Shown one piece after another: positions 1 to 3,091 of a DNA stretch of 5,677 nt. The DNA is taken from positions 1 to 5,677 of the IMG/VR virus record IMGVR_UViG_3300045988_001721; one strand, given 5' to 3'. Within the stretch, counting starts at the first letter, position 1, and each line of letters opens with the position of its first letter. A program made the translations under genes and the position numbers. Below the pieces are notes generated by a model. The model was not told the origin of the DNA and made no database searches. It was given only the letters and a program-made list of their open reading frames with translations. This stretch comes from a virus.

Positions 1-55
1 CAAGGAAAACCCGCAGAAAGAATGGACTATTACGCAAACAGACTATTCGGACATG
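1..55. repeat. Terminal direct repeat, copy A (identical to 5623..5677); assembly overlap of a circular molecule
   Basis: Base-by-base comparison: caaggaaaacccgcagaaagaatggactattacgcaaacagactattcggacatg occurs at both ends of the window. Confidence 0.95.
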
Positions 56-66
56 AGGGCAAATAA
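1..66 (+). CDS. VP2: 3' end of DNA pilot protein VP2 (continuation of 4834..5677 across the circular junction; 1..55 is the duplicated part)
   Basis: Frame 1 reads QGKPAERMDYYANRLFGHEGK then TAA at 64..66. It is in phase with the ORF that runs off the 3' end of the window. The stop overlaps the rep ATG (TAATG). Confidence 0.85.
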   Translation, partial: QGKPAERMDYYANRLFGHEGK

Positions 67-1085
67 TGGGATGCAATAAACCGTTAATCCGGTTTTATGT
101 ACCTCACGACAGGGAAGCGAGTGGGCGAGTGTACTCACTCGCTTCTTTTAACAAGATACATAAGACCAAAATGCGGTATGAAGACCTGATGTACCGCAAA
201 GATGTAATGATGATACCGTGTGGACAATGCACAGGATGCAAACTAAGAAAACGGAAAGATTGGGCCACGCGAATGGAGCTGGAAGCATACAGCCACGACA
301 AGGAAAGCATCTGGTTTATCACACTGACCTATGATGACGACCACGTACCAACACAGGACACAGAAACAGGGGAAATCTTCAAGGGCGGCGTGAACATATG
401 GAGAGACACCTCAGAGCGTCCTAGAACGGTGCAAACTTTAAGCGTGGAGGATGTCCAGTTATTCATGAAAAGGCTTAGAAAGGCCGTCAGCGGGCCTCTC
501 AGGTACTTTCTGGCAGGAGAGTATGGAGACAACACCTCAAGACCACACTATCACATGATATTGTACGGGTGGTATCCAGACGACTTAAAGCCGATTCACA
601 GGCTGTCAAGGTTCGGACACTACACGAGCGATAAACTGGTCAAGATCTGGGGACAAGGAACAGTAGATATAGCTCAAGCAACGCCGGAAACGTACAACTA
701 CGTAGCTGGATATGTGACCAAAAAGCTGTACGGAAACGACAAAGACAGGTACAAGAAAATAGGGCTCATACCGCCATTCTGCGTGATGAGCCGAAAGCCA
801 GGACTCGGAGACGCATGGTTTCAAGAGCATCAAGAAAGGCTCTGGCAACTTGGATACATCCAGCTAACAAACGGAAAGAGAGCAGCCATACCGGAATATT
901 ATTGGCGCAAGCTGGAAGCCGAAAATCCTGAAAAAGCGTGGAGAATCAAGCAGTATCGACAAGAAAAAGCCATAGCATCCCTAATCGAAAGAAACATGGA
1001 AACTGACAAACAATATGCCGAACAACTAGCCGATAAAGAAGCAGTCATGAAGAAGAAGATGTCCAAAGCAAAGGGCGTTTTTTAG
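66..1085 (+). CDS. VP4: Rolling-circle replication initiator protein (Microviridae VP4 / phiX174 gpA-like HUH endonuclease), 339 aa
   Basis: Cys cluster PCGQCTGC (nt 216..239). RCR motif I FITLTY (315..332). HUH motif II HYHMILY (546..566). Double-tyrosine motif III YVAGYVTKK (699..725), very close to the phiX174 gpA YVAKYVNKK active site. GAGGG Shine-Dalgarno at 55..59, 6 nt before the ATG. TAG stop at 1083..1085. Confidence 0.93.
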   Translation: MGCNKPLIRFYVPHDREASGRVYSLASFNKIHKTKMRYEDLMYRKDVMMIPCGQCTGCKLRKRKDWATRMELEAYSHDKESIWFITLTYDDDHVPTQDTETGEIFKGGVNIWRDTSERPRTVQTLSVEDVQLFMKRLRKAVSGPLRYFLAGEYGDNTSRPHYHMILYGWYPDDLKPIHRLSRFGHYTSDKLVKIWGQGTVDIAQATPETYNYVAGYVTKKLYGNDKDRYKKIGLIPPFCVMSRKPGLGDAWFQEHQERLWQLGYIQLTNGKRAAIPEYYWRKLEAENPEKAWRIKQYRQEKAIASLIERNMETDKQYAEQLADKEAVMKKKMSKAKGVF

Positions 1086-1094
1086 TCCTGGTGT

Positions 1095-1144
1095 CACTCA
1101 GCCAAGTAACTATCAAGTATATATATATGGCTGAGTGTTTTTTT
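1095..1144 (+). terminator. Hairpin plus T7 tract directly after rep: rho-independent terminator candidate (possibly also an origin hairpin)
   Basis: CACTCAGCCA (1095..1104) pairs perfectly with TGGCTGAGTG (1128..1137). The loop is 23 nt and AT-rich (agtaactatcaagtatatatata). Seven T residues follow (1138..1144). The loop is long for a classical terminator. Confidence 0.55.
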
Positions 1145-1154
1145 AGGTTTATCA

Positions 1155-1200
1155 GCACGCGCACGCACGCGCACGTAATCGCGCACATGCGCGCGCGATT
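1155..1200. repeat. Alternating purine-pyrimidine CG/CA tract with 10-nt tandem repeat and 8-bp-arm palindrome
   Basis: GCACGCGCAC occurs in tandem at 1155..1164 and 1165..1174. A third CGCGCAC lies at 1180..1186. Perfect R-Y alternation over 1155..1177 and 1180..1197. Inverted arms AATCGCGC (1177..1184) and GCGCGATT (1193..1200). Confidence 0.85.
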
Positions 1201-1306
1201 TATTATTTACTTGTTGTAGTCGTAGTAGTAGGGAGTGTTGAAATATTGAATACTATGAATTTTTATCCGTGGAACGATATTTTATGGTTAATTTTGATGT
1301 TGATAA

Positions 1307-1405
1307 TTTTGTGGACAAATTGTTGAATTGTTAAAAGTGTAGCAATATGCACAAAACCATTTGTGCAACTTTTTGTGGAAAACCTGTTGAAAATGTTAAA
1401 AGTGT
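1307..1405 (+). repeat. Two imperfect 34/35-nt direct repeats (1307..1340 and 1371..1405) flanking a small hairpin (1348..1367)
   Basis: R1 is TTTTGTGGACAAATTGTTGAATTGTTAAAAGTGT. R2 is TTTTGTGGAAAACCTGTTGAAAATGTTAAAAGTGT. They match at 30 of 35 aligned columns. Between them, TGCACAAA (1348..1355) pairs with TTTGTGCA (1360..1367) around a 4-nt loop, acca. Confidence 0.8.
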
Positions 1406-1450
1406 TGAAAACTCAATTAGAGGCATTTCGGCAGCCGGCCGGAAAGTTAC

Positions 1451-1490
1451 GTCATGCTCTTCGTACGGCGCACCGCGCCTAACGCATGAC
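1451..1490 (+). other. GC-rich nested hairpin in an otherwise AT-rich spacer
   Basis: Outer stem GTCATGC (1451..1457) pairs with GCATGAC (1484..1490). Inner stem GGCGC (1467..1471) pairs with GCGCC (1475..1479) around the loop acc. Just upstream are a CCGGCCGG palindrome (1435..1442) and a possible bulged hairpin at 1426..1445. Confidence 0.55.
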
Positions 1491-1517
1491 CTCAAATAGA
1501 AAGTTTCAAAAAACCTC

Positions 1518-1545
1518 TTGAAAATAAGCAAAGTTGTGGTATAAT
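1518..1545 (+). promoter_or_regulatory. Near-consensus sigma70-type promoter P1 with extended -10
   Basis: -35 TTGAAA (1518..1523), 16-nt spacer, TGg extension (1537..1539), consensus -10 TATAAT (1540..1545). It lies about 35 nt upstream of the first ORF of the rightward gene block (ATG 1580). Confidence 0.7.
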
Positions 1546-1579
1546 CCAATCCAATCAAGATGATAAGGAGAGAAACAAA

Positions 1580-1768
1580 ATGAAATACGACGTAAGATTC
1601 CGCAACAACATAGGCTATTTCAACGACACATACACGGTAGAAGCAGAAGACCCAACGCAAGCAAGAGAAATAGCAGTTATGAGACTGATAGAAGAAACGG
1701 GAACCGGACTTGAAATGTGGAAAATTATAGACGTAGAAAAGAGGATTGACAGACCCTCTTATTTTTGA
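1580..1768 (+). CDS. Hypothetical protein, 62 aa (no family recognised)
   Basis: ATG preceded by AAGGAG (1565..1570) with a 9-nt spacer. It is the first ORF downstream of promoter P1. Residue composition looks like a normal folded protein (MKYDVRFRNNIGYFNDTYTVEAEDPTQAREIAVMRLIEETGTGLEMWKIIDVEKRIDRPSYF). I recognise no motif. Confidence 0.65.
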   Translation: MKYDVRFRNNIGYFNDTYTVEAEDPTQAREIAVMRLIEETGTGLEMWKIIDVEKRIDRPSYF

Positions 1769-1774
1769 TATAAC
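1746..1774 (+). promoter_or_regulatory. Second sigma70-type promoter candidate P2 with extended -10, overlapping the end of the 62-aa ORF
   Basis: -35 TTGACA (1746..1751), 17-nt spacer, TGa (1766..1768, also the ORF stop codon), -10 TATAAC (1769..1774). Confidence 0.5.
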
Positions 1775-1959
1775 AAAAATAACCAAACAGCACAAAAGTG
1801 TTCCTCTCAAATCCATTTATACAAAAATAACTTTACGAAAGAGGTGAACCGCTCTGACTCTCCAAGAAATCAAGATGCTGTTTGAAAACATTCAAAAAAT
1901 CCTTGCCATGCTGGACAAAATCTACCATGCAGTAACAGGGAACAAACCGGAGGCTTAAC

Positions 1960-2187
1960 ATGGAGAAAAAACCGTGGAATGTAAGAGACCAGACCGACGA
2001 GGGCCTTATGCAGGAGTTGACGAAAACCTACAAGGCAATCGACGCCGCGTACAAAATGGTACGACAGGCCGCAAACATCGAAGACGCAAAGTATTATATT
2101 GACATTGCGTTTAAGAAAAAAGCATTCGCAAGTAACATTGAGGTGGAAATCCTCAGAAGGGAAATCAACCATGGCAAAGAGGAGTAA
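1960..2187 (+). CDS. Hypothetical protein, 75 aa, predicted helical (no family recognised)
   Basis: ATG preceded by GGAGG (1949..1953) with a 6-nt spacer. The sequence is charged and helix-prone (…LMQELTKTYKAIDAAYKMVRQAANIEDAKYYIDIAFKKKAF…). The 3' end overlaps the next gene by 17 nt, as is typical of compact microvirus genomes. Confidence 0.6.
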   Translation: MEKKPWNVRDQTDEGLMQELTKTYKAIDAAYKMVRQAANIEDAKYYIDIAFKKKAFASNIEVEILRREINHGKEE

Positions 2188-2290
2188 AGTCCGCAAATCC
2201 AAAGACGCAAAAATCTTTAACAAAACCGCTCGAAAGACCAAGGCTATCAACCTGGGAAGCGGAGCGATGAGAGGGGGCATCCGCCTGTGA
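2171..2290 (+). CDS. Small highly basic DNA-binding/packaging protein (phiX174 J-like / gokushovirus ORF8-VP8-like), 39 aa
   Basis: MAKRSKVRKSKDAKIFNKTARKTKAINLGSGAMRGGIRL has 13 K/R and one acidic residue in 39 aa. The KIFxKTAxKTK core and C-terminal MRGGIRL tail match the pattern I recall for small basic proteins of gokushoviruses. Weak SD AAGGG (2157..2161) with a 9-nt spacer. The ORF-track start at 2099 is a TTG with no SD and is not favoured. Confidence 0.7.
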   Translation: MAKRSKVRKSKDAKIFNKTARKTKAINLGSGAMRGGIRL

Positions 2291-2307
2291 GCGCTGTATT
2301 AGCAAGC

Positions 2308-2385
2308 ATGACTATGGCATTTCTCGCAGCGGGTTTTTACCTCGTCATTAACACAATCGACATCATCAAAGAATGGTTCAAATAA
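2308..2385 (+). CDS. Speculative 25-aa hydrophobic mini-ORF (MTMAFLAAGFYLVINTIDIIKEWFK)
   Basis: It fills most of the 107-nt gap between the J-like gene and the next gene. Its TAA (2383..2385) overlaps the AAGGAGG SD of the downstream gene. It has no recognisable SD of its own and is too short for statistical support. Confidence 0.25.
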   Translation: MTMAFLAAGFYLVINTIDIIKEWFK

Positions 2386-2397
2386 GGAGGCAACCAT

Positions 2398-2634
2398 ATG
2401 AACGTATACGGAATTTTCGATAACTGCGTAATGGGCTATATCACCATCTTTACCGAACGTGACAACAAGGTGGCCGAGCGCAATTTCAAAATCGCGCTGA
2501 CTGATGAACGGAACATCATGAGCAAGACTCCGAGCGACTACCGGTTGGTAAAGCTGGCAAAGTTTGACGAGAAAACGGGCCTGTTTGAGAACGAAAAGGA
2601 GAACATTTTCGATGGCGTATCGCTCAGTAAGTAA
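2398..2634 (+). CDS. Small conserved non-structural protein, VP5/ORF5-like (78 aa)
   Basis: Strong SD AAGGAGG (2384..2390) 7 nt before the ATG. The sequence VYGIFDN…GYITIFTERDNKVAERNFKIAL…PSDYRLVKLAKFDEKTGLFE fits the pattern I recall for gokushovirus VP5-type proteins (x-Y/F-D near the N-terminus, A-x-R-x-F, P-x-D-Y/F-x-L, F-D-x-x-T-G). The assignment is from memory only. Confidence 0.7.
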   Translation: MNVYGIFDNCVMGYITIFTERDNKVAERNFKIALTDERNIMSKTPSDYRLVKLAKFDEKTGLFENEKENIFDGVSLSK

Positions 2635-3091
2635 CTTCAGGGAGACCGCAACAGCAAAGGCCACTGAGGCCGGGGAGACCGTGAGGCGCACATACCTCTG
2701 GGAAATCAACGAGAAGGGCGAAAAAGTGCTGACGCTTGACCAGACAATCGACCAGCAGGCGGAAATTGACAGCTATCTGGAAGAGACCAAACTGGAAAAC
2801 ATCATCCGGCGGGCATCCATCGACCCTGACCTTGCGACCAGACTGATTCCGGACATGGGCGGTGGGCTTCAGGACGCGACCGAGATGCCGAAGAATCTGA
2901 TGGAGCTTCAGAACATCATGCTGCGGGCCGAGCAAATCTGGGATGAAATCCCGAAGGAAATCAAGCTCAAGTTTGACAATGACGTCAATAAATTCGTGGC
3001 AAGTTTCGGCACTGTTGACTGGGCGAAAAATCTGGGCATCTATCAGGAGGAACAGCCTGAAGAGCCTAAGAAGGAGGAAGCAGCAGAATGA
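2612..3091 (+). CDS. VP3: Internal scaffolding protein VP3-like, 159 aa
   Basis: ATG 2612 is preceded by AAGGAG (2596..2601) with a 10-nt spacer. The ORF-track start at 2564 is a TTG without an SD. The segment …LENIIRRASIDP…EMPKNLMELQNIMLRAEQIWDEIPKEIKLKFDNDVNKFVASF… resembles the conserved C-terminal half of gokushovirus VP3. The C-terminus is acidic. The TGA stop overlaps the VP1 ATG (ATGA at 3088..3091), suggesting translational coupling. Confidence 0.78.
   Translation: MAYRSVSNFRETATAKATEAGETVRRTYLWEINEKGEKVLTLDQTIDQQAEIDSYLEETKLENIIRRASIDPDLATRLIPDMGGGLQDATEMPKNLMELQNIMLRAEQIWDEIPKEIKLKFDNDVNKFVASFGTVDWAKNLGIYQEEQPEEPKKEEAAE

Noticed and set aside
1-55. Terminal repeat considered as biological direct terminal repeats or att duplication of an integrated element
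   Set aside because: The repeat lies inside the VP2 coding sequence and is exactly what is needed to close that ORF in phase. This is the signature of a circular contig written linearly, not of integration or DTR packaging.
446-467. Possible phiX174 A*-like internal initiation in rep (GGAGG 446..450, in-frame ATG 465 = Met134)
   Set aside because: The SD-to-ATG spacing is 14 nt, which is long. The GGAGG is simply the Val-Glu-Asp coding sequence. There is no way to support an internal product from sequence alone.
104-848. Three minus-strand ORFs inside rep (104..322, 329..535, 606..848)
   Set aside because: They are antisense to a Rep gene with all three RCR motifs, are short, and have no translation signals or motifs.
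1127-1219. 30-aa ORF (MAECFFRFISTRTHAHVIAHMRARFIIYLL) reading through the hairpin arm and the CG tract
   Set aside because: It has no SD. Its start codon is buried in the hairpin stem. Its composition is dictated by the repeat (TRTHAH from ACGCGCAC units). It is most likely fortuitous.
1155-1411. Repeat-rich region considered as a degenerate CRISPR array or transposon/IS end
   Set aside because: The repeats are 6 to 35 nt, irregularly spaced and imperfect, with no spacer-like unique units of constant length. There are no cas genes, transposase or terminal inverted repeats. The context is a 5.6-kb virus genome.
1331-1816. 161-aa minus-strand ORF spanning the noncoding block and the 62-aa gene
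   Set aside because: Its Phe/Cys/Val-rich product is typical of translating AT-rich DNA. There is no SD before its ATG (1816). It would run through the P1 promoter and the repeat arrays. A minus-strand gene would be unprecedented for this family, and nothing here supports one.
2099-2170. N-terminal extension of the J-like ORF (track start 2099)
   Set aside because: The codon at 2099 is TTG with no upstream SD. The extension lies wholly within the 75-aa ORF in another frame. The ATG at 2171 yields the compact basic protein typical of the family.
2564-2611. N-terminal extension of VP3 (track start 2564)
   Set aside because: The codon at 2564 is TTG without an SD. ATG 2612 has AAGGAG at a 10-nt spacing and gives a 159-aa product of the expected size. 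The longer form would overlap the VP5-like gene by 71 nt.
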